From contig JWZX01002453.1 of the NCBI GenBank assembly GCA_001275005.1, positions 1 through 44,094 of the forward strand: a stretch of DNA of 44,094 nt, written 5' to 3'. Of the stretch, positions 19,893 through 30,100 are shown piece by piece; within the stretch, counting starts at the first letter, position 1, and every line of letters starts with the position of its first letter. This DNA comes from Chrysochromulina tobinii. Its lineage: Eukaryota. A program made the translations under genes and the position numbers. The notes beneath the pieces are model-generated. The model ran no database searches, was not told the DNA's origin, and saw only the letters and a program-made list of their open reading frames with translations.

Positions 19893-20264
19893 CCGATGAG
19901 ATCTCGGGGAGTATCTCCGGGCAGAGGCAGGCGAAATTCGACGAGCGCCATAGCCGATGTGGTGAACAGCCGCCCAGCGACACGCGATAGAGATAGGGAC
20001 CTAGGTTCGGTAGAATTTTTAGAAGAGGTAAGGTACTAGTCTACGGTTTCATATAGTTCTTAGTTGGAGGCGACAGGTCGGTTTATACGCTCGGCGTAGT
20101 CCGTAGACGGTGAAGAGTATTCGTGATTTGTGTTTAGCGTTAAGTGGTTACGGCCTTTTTTCATGCCTTTTTTCCGGAGCTCGGAGGGGAGCGGTTATAA
20201 CGCACTCACTAGCGCAACTTTCATGACGCCCCTGCCGACTGCCGGGTGTCGGTCTGTGTGACTG

Positions 20265-21923
20265 TCATTCTAACCCTGAAAAACCTGCACCGAGTGGCGG
20301 CAGCATGGGCGGCAGATGCGCTGGCACCGGCGGCAGGCGGCGTGGGGTCACGACTATGTGTGGGGGCACGACCACGGCCCCTTGGACGGTAGAAGCAAGG
20401 GTCGCGGACGCAGCCGCACTCTGCCCAGCGGCTCGCTGCTGCGGGGTGACGCGTGAGTTGGGCGCGCCCCATACATGTAACCACATGTACGAGCCCAAAT
20501 GCAGGGCCACCACATGTAGGGCGTGCTCGACGAGGGCGTGTACCGCCTGTTCTGGCATGCCCGCCGCAGCGCCCAGCTGCTCAATCTCGTCCGCGCTCAT
20601 TTGGGTGAGGCTGCTCAAAGTGCACCCTTGGCGTGCGAGTGCAATCGCATAGCTCGTCAGGCGTGGGCTGTCGGGTGACGACGCATTGGCAAGGAAGCAA
20701 AAGAGGCTCGGGTCGACGGCGGCGTCGAGCTCGGCGAGCGTCGACGAGTGCGCCTCCTCATTCCAAGGAGCCTTCGGGTCGTATCGCCACCAGCCCGCTG
20801 CCCCTGCCCCGCTGCTCCCGCCCTCGCCGCCCATCTCGACGGTGCGCCACGTGCGCCCGTGCGTCGTGCAATAAGGCTCTTGTGGGCGCGTGGGCGGGAG
20901 GGACTGCGCTCGCGATGGCGCCTGCGGGGGCGGTACGGGCGGTGGGCGCAGCGCAGGCAGCGAGACCTCCCAGGGCGTCGAGTGATTGAAACCACCGCTG
21001 AGAATGCTCGGTGTGGGGCTGCACCACGTCATCGAGCAAGGGGCGCCCGGCGACATGGCGGGCATGGCGGGAGGACGAATCATAGGGAGTGACCTCGCAT
21101 CCTTGCGTGGGGAACGCACAAGGTGCCCGAAGGCAGCGTCCCGCCATGAGCGCGACGACTCGCCAGCTATCGACGCGCCCGTCGCAGCGCCCGTCGCAGC
21201 GCCCGTCACAGCGCCCGTCACAGCGCCCGACGGGCTCTCGCCACCCTCGGCGTCCTTGGTGTCCGCTCGCCGACGACGCAAGCGGTCTGAACTCGTATGG
21301 GGCGAAGCCAACGTGCCATCCCCGTGCACGCCGTGGTCTTTCGCCCTACGCGGGGAGGGGCTAGATTCCCCCGTGTCCACGACGAGCACCTCGCTCGTCG
21401 CCCGCGTTCTCGCAGGGCTGGCTGCAGGTGGGCTTGCATCATCGTGACCACCGTGATGGCGCAACCATCCATGGATCTCCTGAAGGGTGAGTTTGCCGTT
21501 CTTGTTTGTGTCCATGGTATCGAAGAACTCATCGACCATAGCTTGGTCTGGCACCCTCAAGCCCGTGGCTGCTATCGCGCGCCGAAACTGCCACTTCTCA
21601 AACTCTCCTGCGCCGTCAGTGTCCATCAGGCTCAATTGAGCGACGACGCGCTTGGCGTGCACATGCAGGGTGTCACGCAACAGGTACCCAAGGAACTCGG
21701 CATAGGTGATCTCGCCCGACCGGTCAGTGTCGAACTCATCGAAGAGCCCATCAATCACGTCTTGGCCCACGTCGCCCTTGGCACATGCTCCGAGGATTGC
21801 CTCTGTAAATTCCTGCCGGTCAATGGTCCCTGAGCGATTCTTGTCGCAGACGGCAAAGAACTGCGCGCCCACCGCCATCCGCTCGGAGAGGAGCGCGCGC
21901 ACCCGCGACTTCGTGTTCGGCAT
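20265..21923 (-). CDS. EF-hand protein (four EF loops) with a disordered middle and a C-terminal SAM-like segment
   Basis: Loops DKNRSGTIDRQE, DTDRSGEITYAE, DTDGAGEFEKWQ (degenerate) and DTNKNGKLTLQE. 'LTSYAIALARQGCTLSSLTQMSADEIEQLGAAAGM' resembles a SAM domain. Start placed at MPNTKS. Confidence 0.8.
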   Translation of the reverse strand: MPNTKSRVRALLSERMAVGAQFFAVCDKNRSGTIDRQEFTEAILGACAKGDVGQDVIDGLFDEFDTDRSGEITYAEFLGYLLRDTLHVHAKRVVAQLSLMDTDGAGEFEKWQFRRAIAATGLRVPDQAMVDEFFDTMDTNKNGKLTLQEIHGWLRHHGGHDDASPPAASPARTRATSEVLVVDTGESSPSPRRAKDHGVHGDGTLASPHTSSDRLRRRRADTKDAEGGESPSGAVTGAVTGAATGAATGASIAGESSRSWRDAAFGHLVRSPRKDARSLPMIRPPAMPAMSPGAPCSMTWCSPTPSILSGGFNHSTPWEVSLPALRPPPVPPPQAPSRAQSLPPTRPQEPYCTTHGRTWRTVEMGGEGGSSGAGAAGWWRYDPKAPWNEEAHSSTLAELDAAVDPSLFCFLANASSPDSPRLTSYAIALARQGCTLSSLTQMSADEIEQLGAAAGMPEQAVHALVEHALHVVALHLGSYMWLHVWGAPNSRVTPQQRAAGQSAAASATLASTVQGAVVVPPHIVVTPRRLPPVPAHLPPMLPPLGAGFSGLE

Positions 21924-22219
21924 GTTTCTGTGTTCGTAATGGTCTCTTGCATTTCTCTTGCCTTCGGACCGAGACGAGAGAGCTTGCAATTCATGTCAAG
22001 TTTAGTCAAGTCCGAAAGTGTAGGCCACGACCGGCGCTCCACTCGCAATTAAAGGGCCCTCTGGCTGAAATTGAACTTCGCTGGATTCATGGAGGCATTC
22101 ACACTCACACCTCCAAGTTCCCGCTCTGGCTGTACCGCCGCTCGCCGTGGGCTGATACACCCGCGCAGCAGCCTCTTGGCCGCTGTTCCGTTGAGCCGCA
22201 CTCGACATACGCCGTCGTC

Positions 22220-23152
22220 ATGTCGTCCAATCACGCCGATGCTGCTGCCAAGGTGCTCGACGCATCCGACTACTACGCCATCTTCGACCTCGACCAGGCG
22301 TCGGAGCTACGGTCAGAAGGCGCTAAGAAGGCGTTACGGTCAAAGTGGCGCGAGCTGTCGAAACTGACGCACACGGACAAGAGCCATGACCCGCGGGGCG
22401 AGGACGCCTTCAAGCAGCTGCAGGAGGCGTACAAGACGCTCTCCAACGACGAAGAGCGCGAACAGTACGACGCCACGCTCGCTCGTGCCAACTCCCGTGC
22501 TTCGGAGATTGTGGGCAACGAGGATGCAGCGCGTGTGGCGGAGATCAAGGAGGAGATCCGTCGGCTCGTCAAGTCCGCGGCCAAGGAGGCGCTCCATTAC
22601 GTGCGCCAGGCGCTCGAGTGGGAGGGCAACCACAAACTGCCCATGCGCGTGACGATGCACTTTGTGGGGGCATGCGGCACGGCCGATGCGGCCGAGGCGG
22701 CGCTCGAGAGCCTTCGCGGGCTGCTGGTTCGGTACGAGCAGAACGTGCAGCGCGGTCAGCGGATCTTGGATGACGCGATGCGCACCTACCAGAACACGGC
22801 CACCGAGGCCGCCGTCGCCGCGCTGCGCGCCGCCGCGGCCGAGGCGCTCGAACTCGGTGTGCCGCCTCGCCGGGTCAGCCCTACCAATAAGATAGCGAAC
22901 GAGCTGTACGCTCACTTGCAGGCGCGCTCGCCCGAGCGGCTCGCCGCTGCCGCTGCCGCCGCCACGGCGGCGGGGCGGGGTTCCGCCTCCATGGACGAGG
23001 ACGAGGACGAGGACCTGCGACACGCCGTTGAGGAGCTCCAGCAATGGCAACAGCAACAGCAGCAGCAGCAGGGGGGCGCCGCGGCCGCGTCTGGCTCACG
23101 TCGTCAGCGGCGTGCACAGCCGGCGTCCAAGCCGCCGAGGGGCGGGGTGAAA

Positions 23153-23203
<51 letters not shown>

Positions 23204-26191
23204 CCCGCGATGGAGTACGAGATCCACATCCCGCAGTCTGTGGAGGAGATGCTGGCGCAACATGAAGCCGTGGCCAAGGAGGCAGCTGCCATGGAGTTGG
23301 CTGCCGAGGAGGCGGCTGCCAAAGAGGCGGCCAGCATCCGGGCGAGAGCCGAACAGCAGCGAGCGGCACCCGAGGCGTCACCCGTGGCGCGCGGCTTGCC
23401 GGCGTCGGCGGGTGGCGCGGCCGCCTCGGTGGCTTCGCAGCGTTCGTCCTCTCGCCCCTCGACCTCTCGCCTTTCTGGCGGCGAGGGGGGTGACGGGGCG
23501 ATGGCGATGGACATGTTTGCGGAGTTCCTGGCGCCAGACGAGGCGGAGGCTTCGCTAGAGGCGGTGTGGGACGACGATGCGTTCTTGGAGGCGGCGGCGA
23601 TGGAGCAGGTGATGGAGGCGGCGGCGATGGAGGCCGTCGCCGCGGCCGCAGCTACCAAAGGCCGGCCGGCGCCGTCGCGGGCGGCGCCCAAGCGCGGGCG
23701 CAAAGCCCCCGCCAGGAGCCGGAAGGCGACTGCGGCCGCGTACGACAGCAGTGACGACGAGCGAGGGCGGCTGGCAGCGGCGGCGGAAGCGGCCGACGGC
23801 GCCGATGCGCAGAGCAGCGCGGAAGAGGAGGTGGCGGAAGAGGAGGCGGCGCGACCGCCCAAGAAGAGGGGTGGCCGCCGTGGCGCCAAGGGCGGCGAGG
23901 CGCAGCCGCCACGCGCCAAGGTTCGCAAGACCGCGCGCGCATCAGCACCCTCGCCTTCCGCCGCTGGCTCGCACACATCGTCGCCTCTCGTGCCCCCAGC
24001 GCCCTCGCCGCCTCGCGCGTCTGTGGCGGTGCACAATGCGGATCTAGCGATCCGTGCCTACTTCGAATCGGAGGACGCCAAAGGTGGCGGCGGCGCCGAG
24101 GGCGGCGGAACCGAGGGCGGCGGCCTGTTGGGCGGCGGGCGGCGCAGGGCCAAGAGCAAGGCGGCGCGCGCGGCCGAAGGAGACACCTCTGACGAGGACG
24201 AGGAGGAGGACGAGGGCGGTGAGGGCGGCGCCAATGACGGCGACGAGGATTACGCTCAAGAGGACGGCGCCAGTGACGACGAGGAGTACGTTCCAGCTAT
24301 CATGCGCCACCACCGATACAGCGCTGCCGAGCGCGCCGGCAGGAGCGCGGCTTCGGGCGCGGGCGCGGCCACGAGCGCAGCGCCGCGTCGGGCACGCTCA
24401 CACGGCTCGTCGGGCTCGCGCAAGGTCGATGAGATGAGTCTCTCGCTCGATGAGCTGCTTGCTCGTGCGGACGCTGCGGCTGCCGCCGCTCACGCCGCCG
24501 CCCTTAAGGCGGCCAAGGCTGCCAAGGCGTCCGCCGCCGCCGGCAGCGACGACGACGCGGACGACGATGCGGTGACGCTGACGTACCCCGAGGATACGAT
24601 GACGCTTGATGAGCTCTCCCGCGCCTCGGACCGGGCGGAAGGCTACCGTGTGCAGCCGCCGCTCCGGCCGCCAAGCAAGGCTCGCAAGCCGATTGCTGAG
24701 CGCAAGCGCAAGCGCAAGACCGCTGCCGACGACTCAGACGAGTTGCTGAGTGGAGATGACCTTGATGGCTTGGCGCTGGACGCTGCGCAGCACGGGCTTG
24801 ACCGCCTTCCGCAGCTGAGCGGCGCTGAGCGGCGCGCCACCCTCGTGCAAGGGCGCGAGCCGCGTGCCTCCTCGTCCATGTTCGCCAATCGCCGCCCTGG
24901 CCGCGGCGCGCCGGGGCTGGGCGCGAGCGCAGCGGCGCAGTCGGCGGCGTATGCCGCGGAGAGCTACACGTACGACGGCCCCTCGTGGATGCTGCTGCAG
25001 ACCGACTCGGACGATTCTGATGGGACGGCCTCGCGCAAGAAGGCACTCAAGCGTCGGGCACAGCAGGCCAAGACGGAGGCGGCGCGGCTGGCGCGCGAGG
25101 CGGCGGCGCAGATGGCCGCGGCACGCAAGGCGGCGGACGCGAGCGCGAGTACGGCCGGCGCGGGCGCTCCGTCCCATGGAGCTGCCCACGACGGCGCCCC
25201 GCCCACTGGCGCCCCTTCGAACAAGGCGGTCAAGTCGGCGCCCGCTCGGGCTGCTACTCACGGCTCGGAGGACGAGGCGGTCGAGGATGCAGAGGAGGGC
25301 GAGTTCGAGGTCGAGGCGCTTCTCCTCGAGCGCGCACCCAACCGGTACTCGACGGAGGTCACCTTTCGTGTGCGCTGGAAGGGCTTCGACGAAGATGAGG
25401 ATACGTGGGAGCCAGAGAGCTCGCTACCGCCCCACCTGGTGGCGCAGTTCCGCGAGCGGCGGGCGCATGAGCGCGCCTTGGCGTTTGCGGCCAAGCAGGC
25501 GGAGGAGCGGGTGGCGCGTGAGATGGCGGAGGCCGCGGCGGCGCGCAGGCAGGAGGTGGCAGCGCAGAGCGCGCAGGTGCGTGCAACCGAGGACGCTGCC
25601 AGGCGGGCCAAGGCGGAGGCGTTGCGTGAAGCGAGGCGTGCGGCGGCGGAGGCGGCAGCCAAAGAGAAGGCGGTGGCGGAGGCCAAGTTGGCGGCTGAGA
25701 AGGCCAAGAAGGCAGCGGCCAAGCGCGAGCAGCAGAAGCAGAAGGAGCAGCAGGAGCGGCAGCAAGTTCAGGCCGACGGCGTCGCGGCCGACGGCATGGC
25801 AGCTGCGGGCGAGGTGGCGCTAACCGCCAGCACGCCGTACACGATGGGCGGCGGCGGTGGCGGCGGCGGCGGCGGCGTACCACCTTCGAGCGCTCAGGGC
25901 ACGTCGGACGCGTCGATCAAGGAGGTGGGCCGAATGGACAGCGTGTCGACGGAGGCGGCGGGCGAGGCCGAGGGAGGCAGCCGCAAGCGCAAGGCCTCGA
26001 TCGCACTGGACGAGAAGAACATTGCCAAGGCCGTGCGCGCGCAGCTGCGCCGCGCGGTCGACCCAGCTGCGGTCTCTCGCAAGGAATTACGCGAGGCTCT
26101 CGAGAGGCAACTGGGGAGCGATCTGAGCGAATGGAAGGAGGCCATCAAGATGGCGGCTGTGCACTTTGTTGCCAGCCTCGCTGGCGCTTGA
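22220..26191 (+). CDS. J-domain (HTD variant) + chromodomain + DEK C-terminal-like domain protein
   Basis: J-domain 'DYYAIFDL...LRSKWRELSKLTHTDK...AFKQLQEAYKTLSNDEEREQYD'. Chromodomain 'EFEVEALL...FRVRWKGFDEDEDTWEPESSL'. DEK_C-like 'IAKAVRAQLRRAVDPAAVSRKELREALERQLGSDLSEWKEAIK'. Basic NLS-like tracts PPKKRG and RKRKRK. Start placed at MSSNHAD. Confidence 0.85.
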
Positions 26192-26200
26192 GGCCGAGCA

Positions 26201-26342
26201 CGCGAGTGGAGGCGACGGCCTTGAGATACTCCCCGAGATCTCACCCGAGATGAGCATGCATGCGAGTGGAGGCGACGGCCTTGAGATACTCCTCGAGATC
26301 TCACCCGAGATGAGCATGCATGCGAGTGGAGGCGACGGCCTT
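26201..26342 (+). repeat. 60-bp-period B-A-B-A-B repeat just after the J-chromo gene stop, built from the same modules as 19086-19183
   Basis: B at 26201, 26261 and 26321; A at 26223 and 26283 (one mismatch in the second A). Confidence 0.95.
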
Positions 26343-26438
26343 GGGCTCAGGCTGAATCGCGCCGTAACGGGCGGGTCTCTCGGGGGTGGCGACCCGCGAA
26401 GGAGGTGTGAAGCATCGGGGGAGGTGTGAAGCTCGGGG

Positions 26439-26625
26439 GAAGCGCCGCGTGGAGCGACGTGGCGTCGCAGTGACGAAGCGCCGTGTGGAGCGACGTGGCG
26501 TCGCAGTGACGAAGCGCCGTGTGGTGCATGCGACGTGACGTGGCAGTGACGAAGCGCCGCGTGGAGCGACGTGACGTGGCAGTGACGAAGCGCCGTGTGG
26601 AGCATGCGACATGACGTGGCAGTGA
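26439..26625 (+). repeat. Minisatellite, 5 copies of a 36-40-bp unit
   Basis: gaagcgccg[c/t]gtggagcgacgtg[g/a]cgt[c/g]gcagtgac repeated head-to-tail, with catg insertions in copies 3 and 5. Confidence 0.92.
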
Positions 26626-27140
26626 GAGCCGACAGTTGACGGGATGGGCGGGCTGAGGAGTGGTGGGGCCGGCTGCGGTCGGGGCTGCAGAGGCAGTCGA
26701 TGCAAGGGAGCATGGCGTGCGCCCGTAGCGCCACAGTACAGGGCAATGAGCTGGGACCTGCATAAGGGCGTGTGGCGCCAACATGCAACAACAATGTTCA
26801 TTTTTCCATGCAATGCGGGCTGCGCTTGCGGCCAAGGGCCAACGGCAACGCCATCGGTAACTATCGCGGAAGACTCGGTAATTCTGGGAACGCGGTCGGG
26901 GCGGGGGTCGAGAGCCGCGATCCTCTGTACGCTGGGTAACTGAAGTCTTATATCTCGACGCGCTAGATAAAAAAACATGTCTAAAGGTCGCGTAGGTCTG
27001 CATGACTACACCAAGTATACTACTGATTTGACCGGACCGGGACTCCCGTCCGCTGTTTCCGCGTAGTTTCCGCGCCGAGCAGGGAGAGCGTCTCTCTAGC
27101 GTCTCTCACGCGTAGCCTACGGGCCACATGATTGAATCTC

Positions 27141-30100
27141 TTATCTGCTCGCGCTCCCCGGGTAGCTCGCACCTGCCACCGCGCCCGCTCCGTCGACGTC
27201 CGCCTGCAGGCGCAGCACCGGCTCTGGCTCTGACTCTGGCGGCGGCGCACGCGGCTGCACGGGCTCGGGGAAGCCCATCGCCTGACGGAAGGCGGCATTC
27301 GCCTCGAGCTCGAGCTCATGCTGCGAGAGAACCCGTGGCTTGAAGTCTTTGGGTGCGTCGGGGGGCACAGTCTGCTTCACCTTCCCCACAATCGATCCGA
27401 GCGGCTTTGAAAGCTTGGCGGCGCCGGCCGTGTATCGAGCCTCGTAGCCCAATGGGAGGCGCACGTGGCTCGGCTCGATCGGCGGTTGAGGATCAGCCCA
27501 CTCGTGCTCACCATAACGCTGCGCGTCCAGGAGCGAGAGGGTGACCGAGGCGCCGTCGATGGCCTTGAGCTTCTTCTCCTGGCTGAGCTTGCCGAGGGCC
27601 CGCTGCCATTCGAGCACCGGTTGCACGGCAACCTGCCCGAGCGTCGCGAGCACCTCTGCGCTTGGCGTCCCGTCAAACAGCGGGAGGACGTGCACACCCG
27701 AGTCGACTCGGACCTGCCCATCATGACGGACCTTGGTGAAGATGGGCATGACGGACCATCCCTTGGACAAGAGGGTGCTCGGCACCGTCGGCTTCTCGAG
27801 AGCGCGCACGTCGACGATCAGCAGTGCCGACGGGTCGAGGGGCACCTCGGGCAGGTGTGACGCGCGACCCGGCCAGATGGGCGCACGTAGGTCCGCGCTG
27901 AAGTCGTGTGCCTCCGTGATTCGAAAGCGATCGCTCTGGACCTCACGCGGTGTCTTATAGAGGGAGCCGGGCGGGTGGACAGAGAGAATGGCCCAGCACA
28001 TCGCAGTGGGCGGCGCCAGCCCCGCGGCGCTCCGGCACCCAATTTGAATGCCCGCTGCTGCGCTGTAGGGTGCGAAGCGTCGCAGATTGTACGGCGGCGC
28101 CTCGGAGATGAGTATAGCGCCGTTGGGGTCGCCTAACTTGCGGCGGAGCCACGCGTCTGCCTCGTCCACCCCACCCACATCGCGCGCCTCTGCCCCGATG
28201 GCATCCAGGCACTGCAGGGGCGACCGCTGCAGCCGCAGCCGGTAGAGCTCGAGCTCATTCTTGGTCGGGTAGCTTCGAGTCGAATCGTACGCACCAGTGG
28301 CGTACGCGGGCGCCGGCGGTATGGGCTGCTGCTGCAGGCGAGCCACGCGCTCGCGCTCGTCGATCACCACCACGTCGAGGTGACCGCTGCCGCCCTCGAT
28401 TTGCGGAGGACTCACTCGCGGACCCGGGAGGAGGCGCACGAGGAGGGTGGCACACGGCAAACGCGGACCCGTCGAGAGGCTCGCCTCGCTCACAGCGATG
28501 CCTCGACTGGCCTTGGCGAGCGAGCTGCCGAGATAGAGCGGCAGCTGGTACGCGCCCGTGCGCAGTGCAATCGCGGACTCGCGAGGCGATGTGGGCTGCG
28601 TGAGGGAGGTGTCGCCGAGGCGTGTGAAGAGGGCGAGCGGTGCATAGCCGAGCGTGACTGCCTCCTCGACGCCCTGGACGACCGCCAGCACGGTGAGCGC
28701 GAGCGTCGCGTTCGCAGGCAGGGCGGCGTCGCTCAGGTTCAGGCGCAGCGAAGGGTAGCGCGGCATACGAGCGTCCGAGAGGACCATGCATGGTGCGCGC
28801 GCCGAAGCGAGCACCATGCCACGCTCGTCGAGGAGGGTCGCTCGTACGCCACTCGCGACCACATCGTCGGGCAAGAAGCGCGCGCCGTCCACGACCAGTA
28901 CGGCGCCCTCGCCGTCATAAGCCAGCTGGTCCGATGGCACGCTGGGCTCTGGGGATTTGAGCCACGCGAGCGGTGGCACATTGGCATTGTCACGCGCTGA
29001 GCGCGTCGCGGAGGTAATCATCTCCCCGGGCACCTCGTCGAGCTTAGCGCCAAGCATGTCAAGCAGAGCGTCGGCGCTCGGCGCGGGCGGCTTACCGGTC
29101 GCGATACGAATCGTGAGCTCGCCTCGGAGATCGCCTCGGAGCTCCCCGCGCTCACCCGCGTCGCGTTGCGGGAGGGCGGCGAGCTCGCCAGGTCTCTCCG
29201 AGTTGGGTAGCATCACAGGGGGCGGGGACAGGCCGAGCGTGTGGAGGCCCGCATTGAGCCGCAGTATGCGCTCCGTCTTCTCGGTGCCGGCGAGAAAGCC
29301 GCCGCCACCGCCGCCGCCATCGGCTGCACTCGCACTCCCGAAGAGCGGCACCGTGGCCCACCCGACGACAGTGGATGCGAGCGGAGCCGAGAGGGCGGAG
29401 GGATTGGGCTGCGCGGGCGTTGACGGCACATTGACCTCGGCGACCACCTCGACGAGCAAGAGCGCCTCCGCAACTCCTTCCGAGTCCAGATTTGGTCGGA
29501 GGGTACGCCCCTCATACCATGAGAACTGCCAGCCTGGGAGTGCATCGGGATGCCCCATGGGCGCATACGTGCCGCCCGGCTGGCGCGCGCCTCGCTGGAC
29601 GAGGGAGAGGTGCACGCGCACCCCCGAGCCGCCACCACGCCGTACCGATTCGATGAGGGACTTCGGATCGTTCGGCGTCCATCCGACGAGACGCATAGGG
29701 CGCACATCCACACCCTTGTCGTCCTCAAAGGGGGGGAGCGGCGCCTGCACGGGCGGCGGCCTTGGCAGCGGCGGCTCGGACGGAGCCGCCTTTGGAGGCT
29801 CGCCAGCGGGAGCGACGGCCGTTGTCGCCAGCTCGTCCAGCGCGGGCGCTCCCGTATCGGGCGCCGTGGTGGGCGCACCCGGCGTGGCCGGCGTGGCCGG
29901 TGTGGCCGGTGTGGCTGGCGCTTCGAGTGTGACGAGACCCTGACCGCGCCGGTGACGCGACAGGTTGCGCTCGCGAATCCAGCCCTCGCCCAAGCTGGCG
30001 TGCCTGTCGACAGGCCCGCGGATGCGCGCGTAGCTGTTGGCCATCTCGAGTATCTCGACTTGCACGTCGTTGAGCACATGCTGACCGGTGAAGTCAGACG

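Noticed and set aside
23153..23200. (GCC)n / (GGC)n tracts here and at about 1776-1812, 3915-3990 and 18074-18113
   Set aside because: Ordinary poly-Ala/poly-Gly coding microsatellites typical of GC-rich genomes.
25301..25450. Chromodomain as a sign of a chromovirus LTR retrotransposon
   Set aside because: No integrase, RT, gag or LTRs nearby; it is embedded in a cellular J-domain ORF.
26439..26625. 36-40-bp repeats of CRISPR-like length
   Set aside because: Units are head-to-tail with no unique spacers, there are no cas genes, and the context is eukaryotic; this is a minisatellite.
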